The notes below the pieces were generated by a model that saw only the letters and a program-made list of their open reading frames with translations, searched no databases and was not told the origin of the DNA. 64,000 nt of DNA. It comes from the human T2T-CHM13v2.0 reference genome, Homo sapiens. This document shows positions 22,102 to 40,845 of the stretch, piece by piece (position 1 is the first letter of the stretch; each line of letters opens with the position of its first letter). Made by a program: the position numbers and the translations under genes. Location of the stretch: NCBI RefSeq assembly GCF_009914755.1, contig NC_060933.1; one strand, written 5' to 3'.

Positions 22102-23449
22102 TTAGCTTCATAAAAAGCTCACTTATTGCCCCTATTTTTCTCATTTTGTCGGTGAAAACTTTGTCCTAGGCTGGCATTTGGGAACCACATGGTCTGGCTT
22201 TCCCAGACTCCCAGACACAAAGACACACACAGACCCATACCCCCCATGCCACACACACACACACACACACACACAGGCACACACACGCCCCTCATCACGA
22301 GGGCTCCAGCCCGGCCCCCTGATGGAGCCCTGGCTGTTAGTGGTCAGGGTGGCCGCAGCTGCTGGAGAGTAGATGGGCAGATACATCTGCACCTGTGCGG
22401 GCCAAGGGTTAAGTGCCTTTTGCGAGGTGGTGAGTAGGAGAGAGTCGTGGGAGCTTCCTGTTTAGACAGAGGGAGGTTGGGGTTATCTTGCTGGCTCCCA
22501 CACTGAGCAGACGAAGAGATGGGGTGCCCGGCGGTCAGCATCCCGCAGGTAGGGAGGTGACGTGGGGCAGGGGGGCAGGTGGCAGAGCATCCCCAGCCTG
22601 GAAGAGGCAGAGCTGGCCACGGCTGCCCCTCCCAAGGAGCATGGCTTACCAGGACACCCCGCTCTAGCCAGAACCCAGGAGCCACAGAATCGCACCAGAT
22701 CCTGGAAACAGAGGTTGTTATGAGACCCAGAAAGCACTGGGTCCCTGGTTGCTCTCGCTGCCCTGAGCCCGGGTCCAGCTGCCCTGCTCTGTGTCCCTTC
22801 CACATCACGGAAGTTGTTTGTGCCCAGCCAGGCTCTGGGGGGCCACCAAGATGACAGAATGGGTCCCCATGGCGCCCTTGATGGCTAATGATATCTTTCC
22901 TTGTGTCCTAAAAATGAAGCAGTCTCTGGAAGATATTATTCTGGTTTATCTCTGTGATTGATTCTGCTTTTCTGTGCGTGGGATGGGCAGCCTGGACCTT
23001 CCAGTTTGGGGGCGGTAGGAGGGGCTAGGAGTGAGTGGGGGCAACGGGTGATGGAGCAGCCAAGGAGCTGAGGCCTGTAGGATTGGGGACCGGGCAACAG
23101 GCTGTGGGCTGCAAAACTCGCAGTCTTTGGAGAAGACTTGGGAGTGAGACAATGACAGAGAAGGAGGCCCAGGCTGTGAGGACTGGAAACTTCCACAGAG
23201 GGACCCCCCCGCCCCCAGAGCTGAGCGAACACCTCAGTTGCTTGAGATTTGACAAGGTGAGGGCAGGTGACCTCCTGTAACACTGCTGCCCAAGACGCAG
23301 TGAGAAGGGCCCCAGACTAGGAGTCAGGACATGGGGTTCCTGCCTCGCCTTGCCCAGCTCTACAGCTTGAGACACACCCTGTGGCTGGTCTGAGCCTCCG
23401 TGTCCCCATCTGCAAGACAAGAAGGTTGGACATTTGTTTATGGACATAT

Positions 23450-23600
23450 TTAGTGTGGTCCCAGGAGTCACTGCGTCAGAATCACCCAGGGAGCTGGTGC
23501 GTGTTCCCAGGTCCCACCCTGACCCACCGGATCGGACTCGGAGCCTAGGCCTATGCGTCTGCATTCAATAGCCCCCTGCCTAGCGATTCTTGTACCCTGC
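23450..23600. mobile_element. MER5-like hAT-Charlie relic
   Basis: gtgtggtccc...tcagaatcacccagggagctgg...tctgcatt. Confidence 0.55.
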
Positions 23601-26538
23601 TGCGGGCTCCTTCCAGAGCTGACTCTGCCTCCATTACCCTCCTCAGTTTACCCGAGTGGAAAGCGGTCCTCTCGAGGGGACAGAGAGGCCGGGCAGAGCT
23701 GCCGCAGGATGCATAAGGCTGGCTCTGGACCTGGAAGGGCCCGGAAGTGTCCAGTATACAGGAGAGGGAGGGGGCTGCGCTGAGGCTAAGCCCCAGCATC
23801 CCCAGGGACTGGATTTTGTGCCAAAGCTGCACTGCCGGGTCTAGGAGGAAGTATTTGCTCTCGACCATCCACCAGCATCCATTGAGCACCTACTGAGTAC
23901 CAGCCCAAGGCAGCCCAGGGGCGTGGAATGCAGGGGTGATGTGATAGGGACGATTCCTGTCTCTCCCTCACCAGCATCCTGACCCCCTCTAGCTTTGGTG
24001 GCCAGGGTTGGGGTGTAGGAGGCAGTCAAAAGCACCCCTGCTGAGCTGGAGCCACTGGACAAGCCCCCTCCTGGCATCCTGCCGGCACCTCCTGCCCCCC
24101 TGCTACCCTCCCTCCCCCATGGGGTCCCCTCAAAGGGCTCTCTTGGGGATGGGGATCCACTGCCCCCAGGGGGCGGCTGCCTTGCCCCAGACTTTGTCCT
24201 CCTGCCCCCACCCCCGCCTCCCTGTCTGTCCTCCCCCACTGCCGGTCTCCCCCTCGCTGGCCTCCCTTCTTGCCGTGGGCGCAGACGTTTACACGCCAGA
24301 GATGGCGTTATTAAAAATGACATTTAACCAGAGCTGGAATTACCACGCGGATGGCTGCAAACCTCGGAATCAAAGCGGGAGCCGCCAGGCGGGCGCGCCT
24401 GGCAGGGGCCTCGCAGCCTCTCTCGCCGCCAGAGCTCTGCGCGGGCCTCCCGTATAAAACCCCGCAGAACGCCGAGGTCTTGAAAGCCAGTGCACCTCCT
24501 TTCATTAGACTAACAAATAACGCGTAACAGAAAACAGCTGTTAACAGCAGCCCTCTAATGCTCTCAAGATGGTGCCTCAGGCAGCTGGTCCAGCCAGTGG
24601 GCAGCCGGTGGGCAACTCAGCCTCAGGTGGAGGCTGCTCCCACCCCAGGTGGGTGTAGAATGTCTGGCACCCTCCCGTTTTTCCAGGGCTGGGTCTGCAC
24701 CCTCTGGGACCTGGGAGCCTCCTTCTCCTTCTGTCCTTCCTCCTGCTCAGTCATTCACCCGCTCCTTGCTGAGAGCCCATGTCTGAGGGTCTGTTGGCGA
24801 GGGGTTGGGCCCTGGGACGGTGGGAATCAGGGGTGGCATGGCCAAGAACATGGGAAGCAACAGCCAGATCTTGAGCTCCAGCCCCACCTCTGGCCCGCTG
24901 AGGGACCATGGCTAGTTTCTCTCTAAGCTCCTTATTTGTCATCTGGGGAGGACAAGAGTCACACCTTCTTGCAGGGAGGTTTTATGGATTTGGGAGATGA
25001 TGGAAGTGGAGTTCTCAGCAGGCAGCCAGACAGTGCTCAGAAGAAAGAGTATCTGCAATCGTGGTTACAGCTGAGGAACCCTGTGCTCAGAGAGGCTAAG
25101 TGACTTGCCCAAGGTCACACAGGGGGTGGAGAAGCCAGAGCCCATGTGCTTTCAGGACACTGTGAAGCAGGGACTGAGGCATTCAGAAGTGGGTCTGAAC
25201 CGGCCCCTGCCCTCAGACGGCTTCCAGTCCACAGTTGATGTAGAGGATGAGCTCCCTAGCCCTCACTGAGGCCAGGCAACCCCTTGAGGCCCCCACCACT
25301 AACCCTGCGGGCTTGGAAGCCAGAGGGGCCTCCAGATGCAGACATCATTCCAAGTGTGGGTGCTGGGAGACCCGGGGCCTCCCCAGAAGCCGAAGCGTGA
25401 TGCCCCCAGCTCAGAGGGGCTCTGTCCTCAAACCTGGAGAAAGAAGGGCTGCATCCTAGGCTAGGGAGAAAAATCCAGAGAAAACCTCCCTAAGTTGGGA
25501 AGAAAGACAAATGGGCATTTTGTTTCATTTCCCCTCATGGTGAAGCCACAGAAGAGACCCCTTTGCCTTCCCCCTAAGAGACTGTATGTTAAACTCCGTG
25601 CCTCCCCACTTGCCACCAAGATCCTGCTCTGCATTTTGCTTGCAAGAAAACTGCATAGGATTCTCCTTATTTGCTCATTTGTTCAGCGCATGTGCGTGTT
25701 GTTTTGAGGCGTGGTGCTGGGAAAATCCCAGTGAACAGGCCAGCCCTGGTCCCAAAGGGCATAATCTCAGCACAGAGCGCCCCCAGCGATCCCGTTCTTA
25801 CCATCTGCCAGTCTCCGAGCTCTAGGATTTATGCAGAGCCTCTCACTGAATCACTCAGCAGCCTCACGAGAGAGGTGAAGCTTTATCCTCATCTTACAGG
25901 CGAGGAAACCGAGGCTTAGAAGGATAAAGTGACTTGACCCAGGAAATACGCAGTGATCCCCAGAGCCCAGGTATCACACTGGCCACCTCACGCCGGTGCC
26001 TCAGATGGCCAAGGAGCCGCGCGGGGTTCTCCTGCTAGAAGCAGCCTAGGCTCTGCCTCTGGGGGAGGCCCAGGAGGGATGGGGGGGTTCCTCCCCACCT
26101 CCCGGTTCCTGCCTGGAGAGCTCTGCAGTGTCCTGAGGAAGGCCCCCCTCCAAACCCCCCATTTGCAGGGACACACCCATGCAGACACTGGGCCGTGGCA
26201 TGGTCAGGCGGGGAGGCTCCAGGCCTTGCTGTGATGGGGAGGGGGGTGACCAGGGAGGGGCCCTTGCCTTAGGGAAGCTCATGTTTCCTAGAGACATCAT
26301 GTTTTAATTGGAAGGCCAGCCTCTCCCGCAGAGCGGGCCGCCCCACCACCACATCCCTGCGGGAGGAGAGTGTCAGGGCTCAAAGCGGGAAATTGCTAGA
26401 GACAAGAAGTAAAAACGGACTACTCTGATTTCACTGGGAAGGAAGAAAGAAAAGGCAAAGATCTAATACCAGCTGAAAGCAGGGTTGCTGTTTAAAGAAA
26501 ACTGTTGCTGTTGCAGCAAATTTAAGGCTGCGGCTGCT

Positions 26539-27345
26539 TTTTCTTTCTTTCTTTCTTTTTTTTTTTTTTTTTTTTTTTGAGATGGAGTCTCACTCTGTCG
26601 CCCAGGCTGGAGTGCAGTGGCGCAATCTCGGCTCGCTACAACCTCCGCCTCCAGGGTTCAGGTGATTGTCCTGCCTCAGCCTCTCGAGTAGCTAGAATTA
26701 CAGGCACGTACCACCATGCCTGGCACATTTTTGTATTTTTAGTAGAGATGGGGTTTTGTCACGTTGGCCAGGCTGGTCTCGAACTCCTGGCCTCAGGTGA
26801 TCCGCCTGCCTCGACCTCCCAAAGTGCTGGGGTTACAAGCGTGAGCCACTGTGCCCAGCCTAGGGGGCGGCTTTTTCAAGGGGCTGGTTTCTCTGTCAAG
26901 GGAGGAAAAGTCAGGGAGGCCTTCTGTGAATGCTTCTCTCCTTCCACAAATATTGTTGAGCACCTACTGCACGCCAGGCCCTGGCCAGGCACAGGGGCCC
27001 CTGCAGGAATCAAGGGAGCTGTGGTCCTTGGTGTGAAGGAGACATGCTGGATGCTATGACAACACACGACGGGGCCCCTACATTGTCTGGAGGTTCAGGG
27101 ACGGTTTCCTGGGGGAAACAGAATTTCAGAAGGGACCTCAAGAATGAGTGGAGTTGTCCAGTAGAGGAGGTCAGGGAGGGCACGCCGGGTGGAGGAAACA
27201 GCAGACGGAAAGGCTCCGAGTTGGAAAGAGCATGGCTGTTCTGGAGCAGAAAGGGTGGGAGAGAGCATGATGGGGGCCTGTGATCTGGCAGACCTTGTTT
27301 GAGGTGTGTGACTTTTGTGTTAAGAGCAGTGGGGATGCGTTCTGT
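26539..27345 (-). mobile_element. Antisense AluS (26539-26860) and L2 3' fragment (~26935-27345)
   Basis: Alu consensus; acaaatattgttgagcacctactgcacgccaggccctg is L2-like. Confidence 0.75.
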
Positions 27346-28634
27346 GTGTCTGTGAGTGTCCAGAGTGGCCACTCACTCCGGCCCTCTCTGGGGGCGCTCT
27401 CAGTGAGCATCTCTTACGGTCACATGGGAAGCCAGTGTGTGATATGGGGATGACAGTTGTGTCTCAGTTGCCCAGAGCTCGCTGGGCTGCCCCAGTCTCC
27501 AAAGGAGCTGACCACAAGCCCCTAACTGGCTGCCCCTGGCCCAGCTGCCGTGAGACCTGCACTGCCTGAGAAGCCCAGATCCTCAGCCAGGGAGGGAAAG
27601 CTCCAGGAGCCATTTAGAGCCAGAGGTGGGGCAGGTGGCCGTGCCCCACGTCGCAGTCCACCACGTGCAGGACGGCAGCACCAATCAGGGAGGTGGGGAC
27701 GGGGGTGCAGATGTCCAGGCACTGGGGAGCCATGGCTGGTGATGAATTCATGGTGTCAGGGACCCAGGACCAGGGCTGTGTGTCCCAAGTGCATGACGAC
27801 CCTGGGGTGGAAGCTTTGTTCACAAGATGAGGAAGGAAGGCCATCCCAGGCTATCTGACCTTGAATCCTGTATTCCACAAGGAATGGAGGGAGTCCGGGG
27901 TGCTGCTGCAGAGTCGGAACAGTTGAGCTGGGTGACGGTGGCAGGGGGGAGGTGGCTGTGAGGGCCCACCTCCATCATCGTCGGCCCCATGATCCAAGAG
28001 GACCATTTATTGTGCACCTGCCAAGTGCTACACCCTCTGCATGGATCATCTCATTAAATCCTCCCAAACATTCTAGAAGGCAGGCGGTTTTATGACCCCA
28101 TTTTCTAGGTGAGGAAACTGAGGCCCAGGAAGCCAAGTTACACAGTAAGTACGTGGGGGCACCAGGCCTTGGGCTCTTGACTGTGATCTATTCCCTACCC
28201 CTGCCGACCTGGAGTCCCTGGATTGGGCTGACTGCGACCTTACCCAGCCTCTCCAGGCCTGGTTAGGAAGGGAAAGGTAAGAAGGTTCCATAACGCTGGA
28301 GCAGGGGCTGCTGAACGAAACCAGAGGTGATCCCTGGCCCAGGCAGGCGGGCTAGGGGCAGGGGCAGCCCCTCTTGTCCCCCATGCAGCTCAGTGGTGAT
28401 GCAGACAGAGAAATGTAGAGCCAGCTCCAGAGAGCTCCCAAGGGCACCCCTCCAGGGCCTCCGTTTCCCAGGGATAGGACACGCTGGGGAGTGGCCCGGC
28501 TCTGCTGTGGAGATTCTGGCCCAACCTCAGCTCCACTTGCTGGGTGATCTTGGCAAAGCACTCATGTCTCTGAGCCTCAAATTCCTCACCTGCAAAATGA
28601 TCATCATAATAGTACCTGGGGTTTGGGCTGCTCA

Positions 28635-32384
<3,750 letters not shown>

Positions 32385-32799
32385 TTAAATTCCACCGAAG
32401 AGAAGCACAGGGGCCTCTGGGGCTCAGAGGCGGGAGCGCCACCCCCAGGCTGCACAGCCAGCACCTGCAGAGGTAAGGCTAAAGCCCAGGATCAGACTTC
32501 AGAGCCCTCCTGTCCCTACCCTCTTCCTGTACAAGGCTATGGCTAACGGGAGCCCCTCCCAACAGGCTGCAGAGACTCACATCCTAAATTCGCCCAGAGA
32601 GGGACCCATGACCCTGGACCCCATGTGGTGGAGGCAGCGATGGGAGCAGAGGAGAGAAGATTCCTGAGGCAGGTCCACCAGTCCCTCTGGCACTGTGCTC
32701 CCTGCAGACCTGGGGGTGAGGGGTTCCTGGAGTGGGAGCCACACTACTCTAGTTCTGCCAGGGTGAGGACAAGGGTACGGTTATAGTTGGACTTTGGCA

Positions 32800-33023
32800 T
32801 TATATCAGTCAAGGCTGTCACCTATGATGGGTAGAAGACTGGTCCCAGCTAGCTTAAGCAAACTAGGATATATTTATTAGCCTAATTTAGAAATCCAGGG
32901 TGGGACTTCAGGCACTGCTGGATCCAGGCTTAAGCAATGACACTGGGGCCTGGGTTCTCTCTCTCTGGCTTCACCCTTTCCTATAGAGGAGACACACACA
33001 CAGAGAGAGACACACACAGATAC

Positions 33024-33056
<33 letters not shown>

Positions 33057-33076
33057 AACAGAAAAGATACCAGAAA

Positions 33077-33120
<44 letters not shown>

Positions 33121-33270
33121 ACACACACCCCAACAGAAAAGAGACCAGAAATCTCCGAAAAAGTCTCGCTGTGCCATGATTGGGTCCTTACCCACTTCTG
33201 AACCAATCATATGGCCAAGAGAAGTGGAGTGCTGATTGGCCGAGGCCTGGGCTGTGTGGGGTGGGGCCTC
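32800..33270. mobile_element. Old MLT1-type LTR containing compound (CA)n repeats
   Basis: gcttaagcaaa..., ggacttcaggcactgctggatccagg, tgaaccaatca...gctgattggc resemble older MLT1 LTRs. Confidence 0.55.
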
Positions 33271-34350
33271 AGTGGCACCTCTGGGACGGGGAATGTAGGG
33301 AGGTTGCTCTCCACGTGGTGCTCCTGGGTGTAACAGAACTCACGTTTATAAAGGAAGAGTTCTCTAAACAGGACAAGCAGTGCTTCAGGTACATCTCATG
33401 TATTGTCTCACCTAATCACGGAGGGACTGTTAATTGTGCTTGCTTTATAGACGAGGCAGCCAAGGCTCAGAGAGGTCAAGAAGCTTTCCCAAGGTCACCA
33501 AGCTTGTGGGTGGAGTTGAGGGAACTCATTCCGGGGTTCCTGTGTCAATCATGACTCTCAAAGCAACCAGGAGGCCTGGACAACTGCCACTGGGCCACCC
33601 TTCCACCATCTTGTCCCCTCTACCAGGGCAGGCAGTGTGCCACTGACGCCCCTCCTGCCCTCTCCCTGGGCTGAGGGCATCACTCTGGCCAGAGTGGGCC
33701 CCGTGGGCTGAGTGGTACTCAGGAAGCTGTGGAGGGGTCATCACCACCCTACCTGGTTCCAAGCACAGGCCTGGGAGGCCAGGGAGCAGGGCAAGTTGGG
33801 GTCTGGCTGGGCCCAGGGCCCCCTACCAGTAGCAGCATCCCCCTCACGTTACATTAAGCACCATGGCAAGTATGCGGAGCCAAAAGCAGGGTGGACTGTG
33901 GTCCGCTTGCCGTGCCATCACAGGCAGTCCACATTTCACTCACTGTTTGTTCATTTCCTTTTTTTATTTTTATTTTTTTGAGGCAGGGTCTCACTCTGTT
34001 GCCCAGGCTGGAGTGCAGTGGCACAATCACAGCTCACTATAGCCTCAACCTCCTGGGCTGTTGATCCTCCCACCTCAGCCTCCTGAGTAGCTGGGTGACA
34101 TGTGCCACCACCCCCACCTGGCTAATTCTTTAAATTTTTTGTAGAGACGAGCGTCTCGAACTGCTGGACTTAAGCAGTCCTCCCACCTCAGCCTCCCAAA
34201 GTGTTGGGACTACAGGCATGAGCCACTGCGCCCGGCCAGTTTCCCTTCTTCACTGTACTTTGGAACTAAGTTAAAAACAATTTCCAGTCTCCCATTTTCC
34301 TGGGCCTTTAAAAAGCTCCAGGGCCTTAGGTATTATGCACCCAAAGACTT

Positions 34351-34511
34351 AAGGGCGTGGTTTGTGAGTCATTCATTCATTCATCCATGCAGTGTTTACT
34401 GAGCACCGACAATGTGCCAGGCGCCACTGCTGACACAGCCCTGAGGGCGCAGAGGGAACCCGGTTCTTGGTGCAGTGTAAGCAAGTTGAGTTAGTGATGG
34501 TGGAGTGGCTG
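34351..34511. repeat. Inverted repeat left arm (contains L2 3' end)
   Basis: Reverse complement of 36093-36250, ~87% identity with one 3-nt gap; (ATTC)n L2 tail. Confidence 0.92.
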
Positions 34512-34786
34512 GGAGACGTGGCCAGACCCCCACGCCTTTCTGGACCAGTGAGGGAAGGGTTCCTACAGGAAGTGTTGTCTAAGAAGAGAGGTGAGGGCTG
34601 GGTTGGGCTTTGTGAAGAGGTGGGAAAAGTCTTCCAGCCAGGGGGAACTGCATGTGCAAAGACTGGAAGTAGCAGAGTACCAGCGTCCAAGGAGCATAAG
34701 GAAGGCCAGGATGGCTTGTAGTGGGTGGGGCTCGTAGGGGGCAGGGGCACCCAGTGAAGCTGGAGGGGGCAGGTCCTGGGAACTAG

Positions 34787-35146
<360 letters not shown>

Positions 35147-36092
35147 TGAGCTCCTGGGCTCAAGTGATTCTCCCACCTCAGCCTCCTAAAGCTCTGGGAT
35201 CACAGGCATGAGCCTCCCACCTCAGCCTCCTAAAGCACTGGGATTACAGGCTACAGCCACCACACACAGCTGACCCTCTTACTTTTGCAGCCTGGGTGCC
35301 TCCCTCACCTTGCCCCACACCAGGACCTGCTCAGAAGGGGGATCCCTGGTCATCTGCAGCCTCCGGATTCGCCCTCACCACCGGCCGCCCCTCCTCCACC
35401 CAGGCCCCTCCCCTCCCTTCCAGAAAATACTCCAATGTCCTTATTTTTTCGGGGGAGGGCCTTGATGGGTCCAGCGGGGGAGTGGGGTCTGGGCAGAATG
35501 CTAATGAAATCAGAGGAGCCCGGGTTGGGGGCAGGCCCTGGGCAGGGGAGAATTAAGCAATTGCAGGCAGGCTCTTTTCCATATTTGATTGGCGCTGGCT
35601 GAGGGACAGCCACCTGCAGGGAAGCCCCCTGCAGAGGGGGTGGGGGAGTAGTAAAGGGGACAGATCTGCTTCTTCAGGTGCCCTCCTCCTACTTGGCTGA
35701 GGCAGGCTGCAGGCCGGGCATGGTGTAATCCCAGCACATTGGGAGGCCTAGGTGGGAGGATCACTTGGGGCCAGGAGTTCAAGACCAGCTTAGGCCACAG
35801 AATGAGATCACCAACTCTATAAAACATTAAAAAAGAAAAAAAGTCGGCTGCATTCAACATGCACAGATGCTTCATGGAAGGAAAGGGGCAAAAGTGGCCT
35901 CGAGGCCTGGCAGGGGTGTTGTTCAGCGGGCCCCTCGGGGTTGGTGAGGGGTGTGGAGGGCCCCAGGGACCCCTGTGAGTCCTGCCACCTGACCACCTTC
36001 CAGGCATCATCTCAGAATCCTTACAATGATCCATGAGTGGCTGGGAAACTGAGGCACAGAGAGGAGGAGCCGCGTGCCAGAGGAAGGGCTGG

Positions 36093-36250
36093 CAGCCACT
36101 CCACCGTCACTAACTCAACTTGCTTGCGCTGTACCAGCCGGCTTCCCTCTGCACACTCAAGGCTGTGTCAACAGTGGCGCCTGGCACAAGGGTGGTGCTC
36201 AGTAAATGCTGCCTGGATGAATGAATGAGTGACTCACAAACTATACCCTT
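36093..36250. repeat. Inverted repeat right arm (contains L2 3' end)
   Basis: Partner of 34351-34511; gtgctcagtaaatg...gatgaatgaatga L2 terminus. Confidence 0.92.
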
Positions 36251-38209
36251 TTGATCGCTGCGCCAACTCCGTGGAATTCTAGCAGCCTGGTTGGTGTGGG
36301 AACTCATCACACCCGAGATTTGGGGAGCAGAAAGGTAGCATGGCCCAGGAGACAAGGGCAGGCAGACAGACTGGCTCAGACCCTGGCCGGGCAGGCCTAG
36401 GCAGGCAGCATCAGCTCTCTGAGCCTCAGTTTCTCCTTTTCTAAAGCAACCTGATGACAGTAGCCCCCTCGCACAGTGATTGAGGGTGGATGAGAAAGGG
36501 CTTTCTGGAGGTAGCGGGGACAGTCTGTCACTCAGGCTGGAGTGCAGTGGTGCAATCACTGCTCACCGCAGCCTTGACCTCCTGGGCTCAAGCGGTCCTC
36601 CTGCCTAAGCCTCCTGAGTAGCTAGGATTACAAGTGTGCACCACCACGCCTGGCTAACTTTTATATTTTTTGTAGAGATGGGGGTCTCACTCTGTCACCC
36701 AGGCTGGAGTGCAGTGGTGCTATCTTGGCTCACTGCAACCTCCGCCTCTGGGCTCAAGCCATCCTCCCACCTCAGCCTGCCAGGTAACTGGGACTACAGG
36801 CATGCCACTACCATGCCTGGCTAATTTTTGTCTTTTTTGTAGAGATGGGGGTCTCACTCTGTTGCCCAAGCTGGTCTTGAACTCTTGGACTCAAGCGATC
36901 CTCCCACCTCAGCCTCCTAAAAGTGCTGGGATTATAGGTGTGAGTCACCGTGCCCGGTCAAGAAATGGCTTTGAGGACTGGGAAGAGCCCCATGATATAA
37001 TGGGGGTCATTTGAAGAGCTACCCTGGACCTGTGTCTACAGTGTGGTCTCTGATCATGAACTCCCTCCCACAGTCTCTGCCCCAGGTGCCTTCCTTTCCC
37101 TACCCCGCAAACACGCAGTAGCACACTGACCTCACGTTTCTCCCAAGAAGCATCATCCACGTCAGGACAAGGTCTCTTGACTCTGAAGGAGAACAGCCAG
37201 GAGGGCTCACTGGGTCCACATTTCTGTCACTCTGTCTCCTGCCATTCAATGGCATGGGCCCCAAAGAGACACCTGAAACCTGGGAGCCTAGCAGAGCTAG
37301 GACAGGAGACCAAGCCTGGAACCCAGTGTGAGGAGGCTGAAGCAAACGTGCACAGGGGTTCTGGGCATCAGGAGAGGGCTTTTCCAGTTGGGTCTTGTAG
37401 GATGAGTAGGAGCCCATTGTTTACTCTCTTCACCAGTTCACACAGCACCACCCTCTGGTTGGGTGGCTCTAGGCCTAGCATCCTCCCCTCTGCGGCCTCA
37501 GGCTTCTCATTCATAGAATGGAAAGGAAAGGAAAGTGTCTGTCCTGTTGCTGGAATCATACAGAATAGAATCTTTTCAGGTTGGGTCTCACAGAAAAGAG
37601 GTGAAGTGTGCACGAGGCCAGAAATGTTGTGTGTCGTTGGCTGCGGGTAGGCTCATGGCTTAGGGGTGCTGGTTTGGCTTCATGGCACAGAGAGACACTC
37701 CTGTGCTCCTGAACACACTCCTGTCTTCTCTCCATTTCTCTCCTCCTTCAAGCTTCCCTGCCTTCTCCACCCCTAAGCTCTTCTCTGAGCTCCCAGAGCA
37801 CAGGGGTCTTCAGTAAGAAGCCTGCCTGCTTCGGCTGGAATCCTGCCTCTGCCACTTGTGCAGGTCACCATGCTCCCTGAGCCAGGGCTTCCTCGTTTGG
37901 AAAAGGGGAGTAAGTGATAATGCTTGTCTCTCAGGACTGCCAGATTTCGGTGTGACCAGGCATTTGGCTTAGTGCTCCGCTTGAAGGAATTGCTCCACGC
38001 GAGTTAGTGGCATCCATCATCATTTCCCATTCTCCCATCTCCCACTGTGCGTGTTTGCTTGAGTTATCACCAATACCAACCCTGTAAGTAGATGTCGCTT
38101 TTGCAGATGAAGATACCAAGGCTTATTTGGGACAAGTGGTCCCTGGCCATAGGGCTGGGCCTCAACTCTAGGCTGGTCTGATGCGCAAAGACCTTGCACT
38201 TGGTGTCGC

Positions 38210-39400
<1,191 letters not shown>

Positions 39401-39532
39401 AGTGCCAGCTCTTAACTCTCAAATGGGCTCTACACCATGAGGCCATCTCCAACAAAACACAGCTGCATATGGGTAAGGATGAGAGGAGAGAGGCAAAAAT
39501 AAGACCCTCTCCTTTAGGTGGGCTGTAAACTA

Positions 39533-40245
39533 GAGTGGTGTGCTTGTGCCCGCTTGTCCTACTGCACAAGAGCCTATTGTTAAGTTTTTAGAATTTTGGA
39601 AGCTGGTTGTCAAACACAGATATTATTAAAAATTAAGGCCCGGACACAGTGGCTTATGCCTGTAATCCCAGCACTTTGGGAGGCTGAGGCGGGTGGATCA
39701 CTTGAGGTCAGGAGTTCGGGACCAGCCTAGACAACATGGTGAAACCCTGTCTCTGCTAAATATACAAAAAAAAAAAAAAAAATTAGACACGCGTCATGGC
39801 GGGAACCTGTAATCCCAGCTACATGGGAGGCTGAGGCAGGAGAATTGCTTGAACCTGGGAGGCAGGGGTTGCGGTGACCCAAGATCGCACCATTGCACCC
39901 AGCCTGCATGACAAAGCGACTCTGTCAAAAAAAAAAAATTATATAAACTTACAATCACAGAAATTATATTTAAAACACAGGCAATAGATACTCAGATCTC
40001 ATCTCTTTCTCATAATTTTACATTTTGCTGTTATTTATGCTTGAGGTTATTTGCACTGTGGTATCTGGATGGTAGGAATACCACACACTGGTGGGCTTTA
40101 GGGCACCTCTTCTCGATTTCGTCTTCATTGATGTTATGTTGTGGCTTGAAATTGGCCATGGTAGAAGTATTTATACCCCAGAAATTGACAAACACTGTAA
40201 ATTAAGGATCTCCTCCCCCACAGAGAGCCAGTTGTGAAATTTATT
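39533..40245. mobile_element. MER63-like hAT DNA transposon interrupted by an Alu (39637-39938)
   Basis: gagcctattgttaagtttttagaattttggaagctggttgtcaaacacag.attattaaaaattaa and gagagccagttgtgaaattt match remembered MER63 sequence. Confidence 0.65.
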
Positions 40246-40270
40246 TTTTAATATTCTTTTCCCTTTTTAA

Positions 40271-40845
<575 letters not shown>

